This document shows, piece after piece, positions 51,631 through 62,460 of a stretch of DNA of 64,000 nucleotides; positions within the stretch are counted from its first letter, which is position 1, and each line of letters begins with the position of its first letter. The notes below the pieces were generated by a model that searched no databases, was not told the origin of the DNA, and saw nothing but the letters and a program-made list of their open reading frames with translations. The stretch is from IMG/VR virus record IMGVR_UViG_3300027869_000006, positions 45,769 to 109,768 of that record. One strand, given 5' to 3'. Origin of the DNA: a virus. The position numbers and the translations under genes were made by a program.

Positions 51631-51773
51631 TGAAGCGAGCCGAATGAGATGGGTTATCATGGAAGTTCGATTCTTTCTCCCTCCGTCTGCTATTGCCAAC
51701 ATGGAGGGATAGCCTAATGGCAAGGCAACGCACTATCAATGCGTCTACCCAGATCAGTCCCTTGCCCGCTTCA
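51631..51773 (+). ncRNA. Y RNA 2 (permuted tRNA module with intact anticodon arm)
   Basis: TGAAGCG/CGCTTCA; AGCCGAA...CTTGCC; T arm GGAAG-TTCGATT-CTTTC; TCCCTCC/GGAGGGA; D arm; ACGCA-CTATCAA-TGCGT. Confidence 0.85.
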
Positions 51774-51783
51774 TCGCACTTAT

Positions 51784-51852
51784 TGTCCTGAGCCGAAGTT
51801 TGTGGGTTATCGCTTCACTGATGTACCCATGGACACTCACTTGCCCAGGACA
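51784..51852 (+). ncRNA. Y RNA 3 (minimal, no tRNA module)
   Basis: TGTCCTG/CAGGACA; AGCCGAA...GGGTTATC...CTTGCC. Confidence 0.8.
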
Positions 51853-51863
51853 TCGGTCTTATT

Positions 51864-51980
51864 GCAGCGATGCGAGCCGCAGCTTAAGGGTTATCGTTTG
51901 GATCGAAAGCAGGAGTAACCCTCTTGCCTAGCACGTTCAAATCGTGCAATCCCTTGGCAATCCTTGCCCGCATCGCTTGC
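51864..51980 (+). ncRNA. Y RNA 4 (non-permuted cloverleaf on the Ro stem)
   Basis: GCGATGCG/CGCATCGC; AGCCG...CTTGCC; D-like, anticodon-like (GCAGGA/TCTTGC) and T arm GCACG-TTCAAAT-CGTGC in canonical order. Confidence 0.8.
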
Positions 51981-51999
51981 TTTTCAGGGAGGGAAGTCA

Positions 52000-53616
52000 G
52001 TGCATACCTATTCTAACTTGGGACCTCGTACAACTGTAACCCCACAGACTGAGGCTATTCCAGGAACAATGCAGACACCGAATAATGCCGGGGGCTTTTC
52101 ATGGTCAGTTGATGACTGGACACGATTGTCACGCTTTCTTTGCCTGGGCAGTATTGGAGGGACCTATTACGTCGGAGAGCGACAACTTTCCAAGCAGAAT
52201 TTAGATGTGGTAGAACGTCTCCTCAAAGCTGGTGAAGGGACGAAGGTCGTTGAGAAGATCGTAGAGATTTCTGATGCTGGTCGCGCCGTCTCTAATGATC
52301 CAGCCTTGTTTGCATTGGCTAGGTGCACTTCAGCCGATGACGTAGCTGTACGTCGTTTGGCACTTGCTGCATTGCCGAAGGTTGCCAGAACAGGGACCCA
52401 TCTACTGCACTTTGTGCATTTTTGTAAGCAGTTTCGCGGTTGGGGTCCGGTCTATAAGCGAGCGGTTGCTGACTGGTTTCAATCGAAAGATGCAAGTCAA
52501 CTCGCATATCAGGTAGTCAAATACCAGCAACGGGACGGCTATGCACAGCGTGACCTCTTGCGACTTTCACATCCCAAAGCGATTGACCAGGAACACCAGG
52601 CACTCTACCATTGGATGACGAAAGGGTGGGATGCTTTACCTGATAGCGTGCCTGCTGAAGCAGCGATGCGGTTGGTTTGGGCATTTGAGCGAGCCAAGCG
52701 CAAGGAAGATGCAGAGGAAATTGCAGAGCTCATTCACCTCTACCGTATGCCGCGTGAAGCCGTCCCAACGACGGCTTTGCACTCTATCAAGGTATGGGAA
52801 GCCCTGCTTGAAGAGATGCCTATGGAGGCTATGACCCGTAACCTGGCAACGATGACCAAACATGGGGTACTTGTTCCGATGGGAGCAATGACCACAAAGG
52901 TAATAGGGCGTCTGCGTTCGCAAGAGGCCATTCAGAAAGCACGCTTGCACCCGATTAAGCTCCTTGCCGCTCTGACGACCTATAGTAGTGGGAAGAGCGT
53001 ACGAGGGGATTCCACCTGGACGCCGCTGCGAGAAATCATTGATGCCTTGAATGATGCCTTCTACCTGGCCTTTGCCAATGTTATACCGACAGGGAAGCGC
53101 ATCCTTATTGCAGTGGATGTCTCAGGCAGTATGCATAATACGCTGCTCAATGGTATTCCTGGCATGCAGTGCCACACGGCAGCGGGCGCACTCGCTATGG
53201 TGATCGCACGAACAGAGCAAAACTGGCATGTCATGGCTTTTGACGAGAGGCCGCATGCACTCACCATTTCACCCACACAACGGCTGGATGACGTGGTGAG
53301 GACGATCACCTCTGCTGGCAACGGTGGAACGGATTGCGCGGTTCCATTTGCCTATGCTATACAACAGAACCTGGACGTAGACGCTATTCTCACGATAAGC
53401 GACTCTGAGTCATGGTTCGGCAAGGGCGGCCATCCTACCCAGATACTTACCCAGTATCGCCAGAAAGTAGGGCATACGGTGAGGGCAATCAATATCCAGA
53501 TGACTGCGACCCATGTCACCAACAATGACCCGAACGATGCTGATGCGCTTGAGTGTATTGGCTTTGATACCAATGTTCCTGATGTGATCCATAGTTTCCT
53601 GGTAGGGAACATTTAG
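52000..53616 (+). CDS. rsr: Ro60 / TROVE-vWA RNA-binding protein
   Basis: NNAGGF...RLSRFLCLGS.GGTYY, KYQQRDG...RDLLRLSHPK, RLHPI, vWA MIDAS DVSGSM, GGTD, SDSE, IGFD; GGAGGG RBS before GTG 52000. Confidence 0.93.
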   Translation: MHTYSNLGPRTTVTPQTEAIPGTMQTPNNAGGFSWSVDDWTRLSRFLCLGSIGGTYYVGERQLSKQNLDVVERLLKAGEGTKVVEKIVEISDAGRAVSNDPALFALARCTSADDVAVRRLALAALPKVARTGTHLLHFVHFCKQFRGWGPVYKRAVADWFQSKDASQLAYQVVKYQQRDGYAQRDLLRLSHPKAIDQEHQALYHWMTKGWDALPDSVPAEAAMRLVWAFERAKRKEDAEEIAELIHLYRMPREAVPTTALHSIKVWEALLEEMPMEAMTRNLATMTKHGVLVPMGAMTTKVIGRLRSQEAIQKARLHPIKLLAALTTYSSGKSVRGDSTWTPLREIIDALNDAFYLAFANVIPTGKRILIAVDVSGSMHNTLLNGIPGMQCHTAAGALAMVIARTEQNWHVMAFDERPHALTISPTQRLDDVVRTITSAGNGGTDCAVPFAYAIQQNLDVDAILTISDSESWFGKGGHPTQILTQYRQKVGHTVRAINIQMTATHVTNNDPNDADALECIGFDTNVPDVIHSFLVGNI

Positions 53617-53629
53617 GGACAACTAATAG

Positions 53630-53672
53630 AATACAAAGCCGCCTGGGAAGACTACTCAGGCGGCTTTGTATT
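53630..53672 (+). terminator. Intrinsic terminator after Ro60
   Basis: AATACAAAGCCGCCTG...CAGGCGGCTTTGTATT. Confidence 0.8.
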
Positions 53673-53941
53673 GACTTTGTAGTTTGCAGAAATATCTCAA
53701 GACTCCAGACTTTGCCTTTCTTCATAATCCCCCACTAACTACTCATATCCCATGCCTTTAGCCCCCTAAAACGTGTTATCCCCCTTCACGAGCCATATGA
53801 GGCAACTACTCATATTATGAGTTATAATCACTTTCTATTTTTAATTGACTCCATTATAATATAGATGCATCAGAAAACGAAACGAGCGCGGTATCGCTTC
53901 TTATACCCGCGCTCATAACGTAGAAATGGAGTCAGCATCTC

Positions 53942-54361
53942 ATGGAAGATAGTATACCACAAGAACCGTTCCCTGGCTTTTCCTATCCAGATGACAACGG
54001 GTTTACTCGTTTCCCGAACGATTGGTTTAATGTCTGTGCGAGTGTAATGAATATGGCAGAACTCAAGATACTGCTCTATCTTGCCCGTCATACCTGGGGC
54101 TTTCAAGAGTATGGCAAGTGGAAGCGCATTTCTATCAATGAGTTCGTGAAAGGAAGAAAGCGCAAAGATGGGTCACGTATGGATGACGGTACAGGAATGA
54201 GTGAGATGTCTGTCCGTCACGGGTTAAAGTCTGCGATGAAACATGGATATGTAATCTGTGGGGAAGATCGCCGTGATTTGGCACGCATTGAAAGATATTA
54301 CTACTTGAAGATGCGATACCGTCAAGAACCTGAAGAGTCAAAGGAAGAGGCAGAGGTCTAA
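53942..54361 (+). CDS. Phage replication protein (lambda O-like N-terminal wHTH only)
   Basis: NGFTRFPND...AELKILLYLARHTWGF...RIS...TGMS...VRHGLK...GYV. Confidence 0.7.
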   Translation: MEDSIPQEPFPGFSYPDDNGFTRFPNDWFNVCASVMNMAELKILLYLARHTWGFQEYGKWKRISINEFVKGRKRKDGSRMDDGTGMSEMSVRHGLKSAMKHGYVICGEDRRDLARIERYYYLKMRYRQEPEESKEEAEV

Positions 54362-54613
54362 AGTTTAGACCCTCTAAACTTTAGGGGGTGAGGTCTAGGA
54401 TATATGGGCAGTTCATAGATGTTAGACCCCACATTATAGAGAGTAGACCTCGTACATAGAAGAAACTCCTTGAAAGAAACCTGGGGAAAGAAACTGAGAG
54501 GGAGAAACGCTCCCTCTCTCACCTCTTCTTTTCATTTGCTTGTTTCATTGTGATTATAGCCAATTTTTGCTCGTGGAGACTCTTGTTATGTGATGCATTT
54601 CCTGGTAAAATGA

Positions 54614-55543
54614 ATGCAACAGAAGTATCGTTCTGTTGCATTGGAGAAGAGGAATGACAAGGCTATGAAACTTATCCCCTGGTCAAAAAAGCGCGAAAAT
54701 ACGACCTTACCGGAAAATGCGACCGATGATATGGTCATTGCTTCCTGGTTAGATGGCAGACCCCCTTCCACGCAACAAACCTACCAGATTGATATAGCTA
54801 TGATGCGAGCGTACCTACAGAAGCCTCTCCAACAGATCACCCTCATTGATTTGCAGCACTATATGCATAGTTTAGAGAGAGATCACGCTCCCACCTCCAT
54901 CGCCCGTAAGCTCTATGCTGTCAAGTCCCTGCTGACCTTTTGCCATGAAGCAGGGTATACCATTGTCAATGTTGGGGTAGCATTGCGTGTACCCAAGACC
55001 CAGGAGCATCTTGCGGAGCGGATTGTACCAGAAGCAGCCATTCAGCGTCTCCTGGCCTTAGAGACGGGTCAACGCAATCATGCTATGTTACGACTGCTCT
55101 ATAATGCCGGTGTGCGAGTCTCTGAGCTTGTTCAATTGACTTGGAAAGATATACAGGAGAATAGCCAGGGTGGACAAATCTATGTCATTGGCAAGGGTGG
55201 CAAGGAGCGTTATATTGTTATCTCAGCAGAGACATACCAGGAACTTCTGGCTATGCGTCAGGGTGCTATCGAGGATGCTCCTGTATTCCCATCACGTTCT
55301 CACGGTGGCTTTCTTAATAGAAGCCAAGTTAATCGTATTGTAAAGCGAGCAGCAAAGCGAGCTGGTGTGACTGAGAAAATGTCACCTCACTGGTTTCGAC
55401 ATGCCCATGCCTCCCATGCTATTGTACGTGGTGCTCCTGTAACACTGGTGCGAGATACATTAGGGCATGCTTCTATAGCAGTGACAAATAAGTATAGTCA
55501 TGCTCATCCTGATGATTCATCGGGTCGATTTCTACCAATTTGA
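54614..55543 (+). CDS. XerC/D-like tyrosine recombinase
   Basis: YNAGVRVSEL (R), GKGGKER (K), SPHWFRH (HxxR), LGHAS...TNKY (H, Y). Confidence 0.9.
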   Translation: MQQKYRSVALEKRNDKAMKLIPWSKKRENTTLPENATDDMVIASWLDGRPPSTQQTYQIDIAMMRAYLQKPLQQITLIDLQHYMHSLERDHAPTSIARKLYAVKSLLTFCHEAGYTIVNVGVALRVPKTQEHLAERIVPEAAIQRLLALETGQRNHAMLRLLYNAGVRVSELVQLTWKDIQENSQGGQIYVIGKGGKERYIVISAETYQELLAMRQGAIEDAPVFPSRSHGGFLNRSQVNRIVKRAAKRAGVTEKMSPHWFRHAHASHAIVRGAPVTLVRDTLGHASIAVTNKYSHAHPDDSSGRFLPI

Positions 55544-55576
55544 ACTACAAATATGTTTTTGGAATAGGAGAGTAAG

Positions 55577-56363
55577 ATGATCGTTGGAATGATCTTTGAA
55601 GAGCAAAAAGAGCAACTTCTTGCAGACCCGCACTACCTGGCATTAGAGCAGAAACTCCTGTCCCTCGGTGGCCGTGAGATGGTCTACATGCCTGTCATGC
55701 CAGAACTGCTGGACTACATTCGGGTACGAGGACAGTCCTTTGATGCCGCTACTCTGAGACAGGTGAAGGGCCAGCCAAGCAACTGCCATGAGAATGTGGC
55801 GAAACGGTATAAGCAACGGAAAGGCAAGGAGCGTATGGTACATGGCTATGGACTCTCCGATGATGGATTGTGGCGGTTACATAGCTGGCTGATTGATGGA
55901 TCAGATGGGGTAATAGAGACAACTGTTTCCCGTATAGCGTACTATGGTATTGTGCTTGAAGGGCCGCTTGTAGAATGGTTTCTGGGATAAGCATATGAGA
56001 GAAGTATTGAAAGAGCAAGAAGGTATTCGTTCCACCTTTAGGGGCACCGTGGCACGCTTTGGCACGAAGCCAGCCTATAGAGGCTATCCCATTCCCACGG
56101 TCATGCTCAGTGATGTGAAGGATAAGACGGGCAAGGTTGTTGCAGATCACATTTGGTTCGTGATCGGGGTTCAAATGCAACGGCTCAACTTGCAAGTAGG
56201 GGATGAGGTGATATTCGATGCCCGTGTCACTGAGTACGAGAAGGGGTACAAGGGGTATCGAGAGGATGTGTATGATGCCCCGATTGAGGTAGACTATAGA
56301 TTGAGCAACCCGACAAAGGTGCGTAAGGTGACGGAGGTAGATCGTGAATACTGGACAGCTTGA
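55577..56363 (+). other. Two hypothetical genes (55577-55990 and 55995-56363)
   Basis: RBS and tight spacing; the first has NCHEN...HSW motifs. Confidence 0.55.
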
Positions 56364-56757
56364 GATTGAACGAAGAGAGGGATGCCATGAGTGACATCAC
56401 TGAACTTTTCCCGATCACGGAAGGCGATACCTTCGTGATAGGCCCAGATCACTTTGTTTGCATAGGATGGGAAAATGGACGTATCAAGGCGATGACACAT
56501 GACCGGCATGGATTGTACACGTATGCTTTCAGCCCAGATTTTCTCCTTAGTCCGGGGTTTCGGATGCTGAATACCTACTATCCCAAAGAATTGCTTGCAC
56601 TGGCAAAGGCCAGAGGCGTCGATGAAGAACAACTCATTCGAGATATAGAGTGTAATGCCGCTATTCAGCATTGTCATCCTAGCGAGGTGGCTCGAGCTCT
56701 CCTTGAGGTGCTACAAGCGGACTGGGGAGAGAGTACCTTTCCAGGTGAGAGTATCCC

Positions 56758-57189
56758 ATGAGTGAGCAGAGATATCGAGCATACCATAAGAAATACGGCA
56801 TGATTCACCCAGATGAATACTTTACCTTGGAAGATGCCATCAATGGTGATCTTACCTTCTTTGGGAGTCCTGCCAAGGATTACGATACACGCGATTTTGT
56901 CTTTATGCAGTCCACTGACCTGAAAGACAAAAATAAGCACGAGGTCTATAATGGGGATATTCTTCAGGAAACCTTTATGGAGAAAGTGCTTGAATGGTCG
57001 CTCTGGCAAGTGACCTATGAGCAGGGTGCATTTGGCGTCCGTCCACTCGCTTCAACAGGGGAAGAGCCTACTTTTCGCGTTTTTCACGATGGCACTGAGG
57101 AAGTATTCGATCTTGACAGGTATTCAGTTATTGGGAACATGTATGAGAATCACTCTCTAGTAAAAGGTGGGGAGCTTCCCAATGAGTAA
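56758..57189 (+). CDS. YopX-family protein
   Basis: YRAY...FMQSTDLKDKN..EVYNGDIL...VIGNMYEN. Confidence 0.8.
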   Translation: MSEQRYRAYHKKYGMIHPDEYFTLEDAINGDLTFFGSPAKDYDTRDFVFMQSTDLKDKNKHEVYNGDILQETFMEKVLEWSLWQVTYEQGAFGVRPLASTGEEPTFRVFHDGTEEVFDLDRYSVIGNMYENHSLVKGGELPNE

Positions 57190-59852
57190 GACTGAACGTA
57201 TCGGGGAGTTACACACGGGTATATCTGCTATCCGTCTCTTTAGCGGTGAGAAGGGTGTTCATGTCGAAGTGAAAACCGCAGGTATCTGGTATGAGGTACT
57301 TTTTGAGCGGGATAGACAAGGGACATTCGATCAAACGGTTGGAGCGGAAGAAATTAGGCGGCTCTATCTCGAAGAGAAAGGCATCAAAGACTTTAATGGA
57401 TAGAGACATGCTAGGCCGAATTGTGAGGGAGGCATGGGTAGCATGGGCAAGTGAGCAACCTGAGCCAAAACCCTCCTGGCTGGTACCCTGGGACGAGTTA
57501 AGCGAATCAGATAAAGAAGCAGATCGGCGTATCGGGGAAGCAGTCGCTCTCTCGGTGAGGCGAGACTTTGATTCCCTGAAAATGAGCGGAACGTTAACGC
57601 TGAATGTCGCGCGATTAATGCCCTTGCCGTAAAGACAAAGTCACAACGGAGTCGCCCAATGAATGACCAGTTCCCACTTTGGAGAAGTCTGTACTCACTC
57701 GTCGGAATTCAGGTCATCCCTTCCGAAGATATTCCAAATGGATTCAGGCACACTGTAGGGGATACTATTTTTGTGAGTCCCCAAAACTATGAATATATGA
57801 GACCGCTCAGCGCGAAGGAAACTATTATCATGCTAGGGTTTTTGGCTGAAATGGTTCCAAAGGAGTCGCCCAATGAATAAGTTCCCTTATCTCTGGATTA
57901 CTCTAGCACGAGATGGTGAGTGGCAAGCTATTCCCATAACCGAAGAGCAACGGTGGCTACTAGTACAACTCAGGCTTGATCTTGTTCAGTTAGACATCCA
58001 TGCTCCAACGGGGTTGCCTGACGGGTTCTCTATGACCGATGAAATCAACACAATGAGACCTAACCTACCCAGAGCGTTTGATATACTAGAAAATGCCAGG
58101 AAGTTTCCAACGGAGAAACAGGGAGAGAAGAATGATTAAAGCACTGCGACGGTTATACCGCTTAGCAACCTGTACCCATATCAACCGGCAAAAGTATCTG
58201 GGTTCACTCCCAGTAGTCGGGCCTATGGCACGCCCCATTGGTATGCGGTTTCGGCCTCATAGCAGTGTAGCTCATCGGGAGAAACTGTACCGATGAGAAA
58301 CGTGAAGAAAGACTATCCAGCGAGTGTCATCCGCAATAGTGGGAAGCCGCTGGATTTTCAATCCAAGCGGAGTGTCACTGACGAGGGCACCCGCCGACAC
58401 AATCCGCATACGTTGGGAGATGGATTGGATAGTTAAAAAATGAGCAAGGTCATCTGGGTACAAGACGAAGATTGTTGTGAAATGTGTAACGAACTACTCG
58501 ACTACTTTGGGCAATGCCCGCATTGCGGGTGGGATAGCGTCTATGGCTTTGATTGGGATGACTCTGACGAGGAAGACTGGTATCCTGGTTGGGGAAGTGA
58601 TTGGGATGTGCCAGAAGAAGAGAGAGGGCAGGTATGAAGTGGAGACGTTATCGATTTTATACGAAGTCTGTGGATGACGTACGACCACTTGTCTTCAATC
58701 CTGCCTATCCCTGGTGGCATAGCGGAACTGCCGGGGATGACAGTTTTGCCATCATCGTGGCATACTTACCTCCTGATGAGCCACTCTTGCGATACTGGGA
58801 TGATGCTTACGAGATCGAGTACACGGAAGAAGAAGCGATCACGTTTTCATCACGATTCCCAAAGCCAGCCTATTATCACGAAAAGGGGGTTGAGGATGAG
58901 TGAGCACTACCCAACACCGGCAGAGACGAAGGCGTGGCTCGATGAAATCTGGTCAACTGACCCCGACTTGTGGGAATATCTGATGTTTTACGAGGATGAA
59001 GAGCCTGCTTTACTCGATGCACTTGAGGAACAGATGTATCTGATGGGAGAAATCGATGCGCCAGAGAACGTAGCAGATTCCCCCGACCACGATAGGAGAG
59101 AGTGAATACGATGGATGAAGCAATGGCCCGTGACCTTGCGCGGCAACTGAGAGATCACCTGCGAGCAAAAGATGTTATTCAGTTGACGAGTGAGGAACAA
59201 TTCGATGTGGAAGTGCTTGCCCTTATCAAAGTGGTGGAAGATCAGTGTGCGAAGGTCGTTCTTCAAACGCCAACACAACTCTTCCTGGTATCGAAGCCAG
59301 AAAGTCTCCTGGGTCTCATTGCCGCATCAGTACGAGGAACGATATGAGTGAGAATGAACGTGATAGTCACTTTGTCGGCTGGGCTTCATCCCTGTGGGGT
59401 GAGATCGAAGATAAGATTATTGTCGTCGATGACAGTATGGCAAGACACTATCACCCATTAGCATCACAGGTAGCTAAAGAGATACAACTGCTCATTGCCC
59501 GCCGTGCTTATGACCTGGCTCTCCATATCACAGGGCATGTCGCCGCAACAATGATGGATGAGGCCCTTGTTCTAAGATATGTACCTGATCTCGCTACAGG
59601 TGAAGTGACTCAGACTTTGTTGAGTGAACCGTACAAAGAGGATGGGGATCAGCAAATCACCGTCGAGTGGCGCACCGGAGCCTATAGCGGTGAACGCTTC
59701 GTCCATCTTGAGAATACGGAGCGCGGCCCCTACAAGAATTTTGTCGGCTTGTCACCGCGTGAGGCAATCAGGCTCCTGGAATGGTTAGAACACAACCGCT
59801 CCCAACTCATGGGTTTGATACGAGAAGAGAAGGATGTGAAGCAAGATTGAGG

Positions 59853-60380
59853 ATGAAAACCATTCTATTTCTTGATGTAGATGGAGTGTTCTCCATTCCA
59901 AATACCGCAGATAAAGATGAGCGTCTTGAGCGTATCCCGCTCGGCGATGGACACCATATCGTTTGCTGGCCTATCCCGATGTACAAGCGGCTCTTATATG
60001 CCATTGGCATGGAGAAACGTCTTCATCCCGTCTGGTTAACTGCCTGGGGAGACGCTGCGCACGTACTGACCAATCGGGCTATGACTCAAGCCTTTCCGGT
60101 GGCCTATCCGCTTTCAAGGCAGCAGACCCGCTATGCCCATATGCGCTTTTCACACCCTGAGCAGAGTGACCGGAAACTTATTGCGGCGGTCTATTATCTT
60201 GTGAAACACCACGGCCCAGGTCAGGTGATTTGGGTGGAAGACGGCTTTGCGGAGGAAACGAAGGAATGGGCGGCGGCGGTAGATGTACGGTTGATTGATA
60301 CAACAGATGAGACTATCCGCGAGTTACTGCTTTCTCGTGAGGAGCAGGCCGTGCAGAAATTTATGGAGTTGTTGGTATGA
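59853..60380 (+). CDS. HAD-domain protein (RNA-repair HAD_SAK-like)
   Basis: LFLDVDGV, VWLTAW, K, IWVED motifs. Confidence 0.7.
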   Translation: MKTILFLDVDGVFSIPNTADKDERLERIPLGDGHHIVCWPIPMYKRLLYAIGMEKRLHPVWLTAWGDAAHVLTNRAMTQAFPVAYPLSRQQTRYAHMRFSHPEQSDRKLIAAVYYLVKHHGPGQVIWVEDGFAEETKEWAAAVDVRLIDTTDETIRELLLSREEQAVQKFMELLV

Positions 60381-61543
60381 GGCCGCTCCCCAGGCTAGTC
60401 TACTGGCAAGGGCGGTTACACAAAGTTAGAACAAACCTGGAACGCCGTATCACAAATATGTGAGTTTTCCCCACTTTCCTAAAATTGCCTCTGAAAATGT
60501 CCTTTCCCACTTGTATTATCATCTACCATAGTGTATAATTAACTCAGATGAAGAAACAAGTGAGAAGTACAAAGGAGACAAGACAATGGCATTATCATCC
60601 GCACAGCAAAAATGGCTAGAAGAGATGAAGCAAGTAGAAAGGGCACAAGAAGCAAAGCGTTTAGCATCTCTAGCAAATCGCACACCCGAAGAGGTAGCAC
60701 GTGATGAAGTCACTCGACAAATCCAGATTGAAACGGCACAGCGTCGTTCGCGTCCGGTACCTCTAGAGAAGCAAGCAGACCCAAACCGTATTGCCAGATT
60801 GAATGCGGAAGAAGAGTGGGATGCCTAGTCTACGAACAGGAAGGGAATGATCCATGAACGATCACGAAAAGTATGCATTGTCCAGACAAGCGCAAAAAGA
60901 TGGTGGCCCGTGCCCCATCTGTGACTGGGAGGATGGAGATGGAGTACGTACCTGCTTCTATTCCAGTGAAGTGGGGATCGTGACTCACCAGAATAGTGAA
61001 AAGGGTATCATGGCAGAAATGACGCCCGCACAAAGGCACCTCTACCAATTACGACAGGAGCTCGTCTATATTAGCGAGGAGATGCGAGAGAAGGCAATCG
61101 AACTCGCCGCCTATGACCACCATAACTACGTCGAGCGTATGTTGACACAGAACCCCAACCGTTACCCGACCCAGGATGAGCATGGTAATCCAATCAGTGA
61201 AGAAGCCTGGATCGCACGTAATCGGGCACGCCAAGAAGAAAAGCCGCTTGCCACTGATCCACAATACTATGGATGGCTTCAAGAGTATTGGTGGGTACCC
61301 GTTGAACGCCCAGGCTCCGGGCCTATTCCACTTGAATTGCGTGGCCCTACGAAGGGCACTGGCACTTGGGATGACATTCTGTTTACCGCCTATATGACCC
61401 ATATCTATGAGCCGCATTCTTGCGGGAAGGGGCATCAATACCAGAAAGAGCCGTATCACCTCGCTTGTACGGGATGCCGTACGGAGATCAAGTTGTGGGA
61501 GCATGGCGTCGATTATGATATGGGTTAGTCTTGGAGGAGAAGT

Positions 61544-61765
61544 ATGCTTACAACAGTTGAAGCCTCCGTCATTCTAGGTCTTCAACCCAAGACGGTTACC
61601 CGCTATATCGGGCATGGGTTGATTGCCGCTGAAAAGAAAGGCCGTGACTACCTCATTGCATCCGATGAACTTGAACGGTTCCAGCGAGAGCGAAGGAAGG
61701 CTGGCAGGCCAAGAAAGAAAACGAGTTTTCCACGAGTTCCTAAAACTGCCTCGAAAAGCGGCTAA
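61544..61765 (+). CDS. Excisionase-like HTH protein
   Basis: MLTTVEASVILGL...TV.RYI..G.I.A.K.GRDYLI...EL.RF...GRP. Confidence 0.8.
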   Translation: MLTTVEASVILGLQPKTVTRYIGHGLIAAEKKGRDYLIASDELERFQRERRKAGRPRKKTSFPRVPKTASKSG

Positions 61766-62460
61766 AACACTTGCAATATTATCTACCATAGTGTATAATA
61801 TAAGAGTAGTAAGAAAGAAAAGGAAACGAAAATGCTAACCATTGCCATTATTGCACTCATGATTTTTGTGATTGGACAAGTGACTTTCTGGTACAACTGG
61901 TAGCAGCGAAGGCATCAAAGTTAACTACTCAGAACGCGACTTTCAAGTAGTTAGAAACATAATAGTGAGAGAGAAAAGACCATGATAGAGCAAAAAGAGC
62001 GAGTAGAAACGGCCACTTGCCAGGTGTGCGGGCGTGCAATTAAAGCAAGCACCGGACTCATTGCCCATCATGGCTACAGGCGTCCATATGAGGGGTGGCA
62101 AACTGCTTCATGCGAAGGGGCGAGATATGTCCCGTATGAGGTCTCGTGTGATCGTCTCCATGAAGTAACGGAAATGGTAAGAGGCTTCATTGCCTCTCAG
62201 GAAAAGATGTTGGCAGACTTCCTGGCAATGCCTCCGCAAACGCTTATTGTGTATGAGCGGCGTTCGGCATGGGGCAATGAGGAGAGGGTAGAATATACGC
62301 GCCCCGATGATTTTAAGATTGACGGCGGCTACCTCCGCTTTAGAACCTATGAAAATGCCTATAGTAACCGGAAATACAACTACGAACAAACAATCAAAAT
62401 GGCAAAGGCAGATGTATCAAGCATGGAGAGACGCCTGAATGAGTGGAAGCCAGCATTGGA

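Noticed and set aside
51505-51960. Canonical tRNA genes
   Set aside because: The arms are permuted or embedded in Ro-binding stems with no free acceptor/CCA end; treated as Y RNAs
51964-51999. TTG start of Ro60 given by the ORF track
   Set aside because: It lies inside Y RNA 4; GTG 52000 has a proper RBS
54614-55543. Recombinase as the prophage integrase marking an att boundary
   Set aside because: Phage-type genes continue on both sides and no att core is visible; more likely a resolvase
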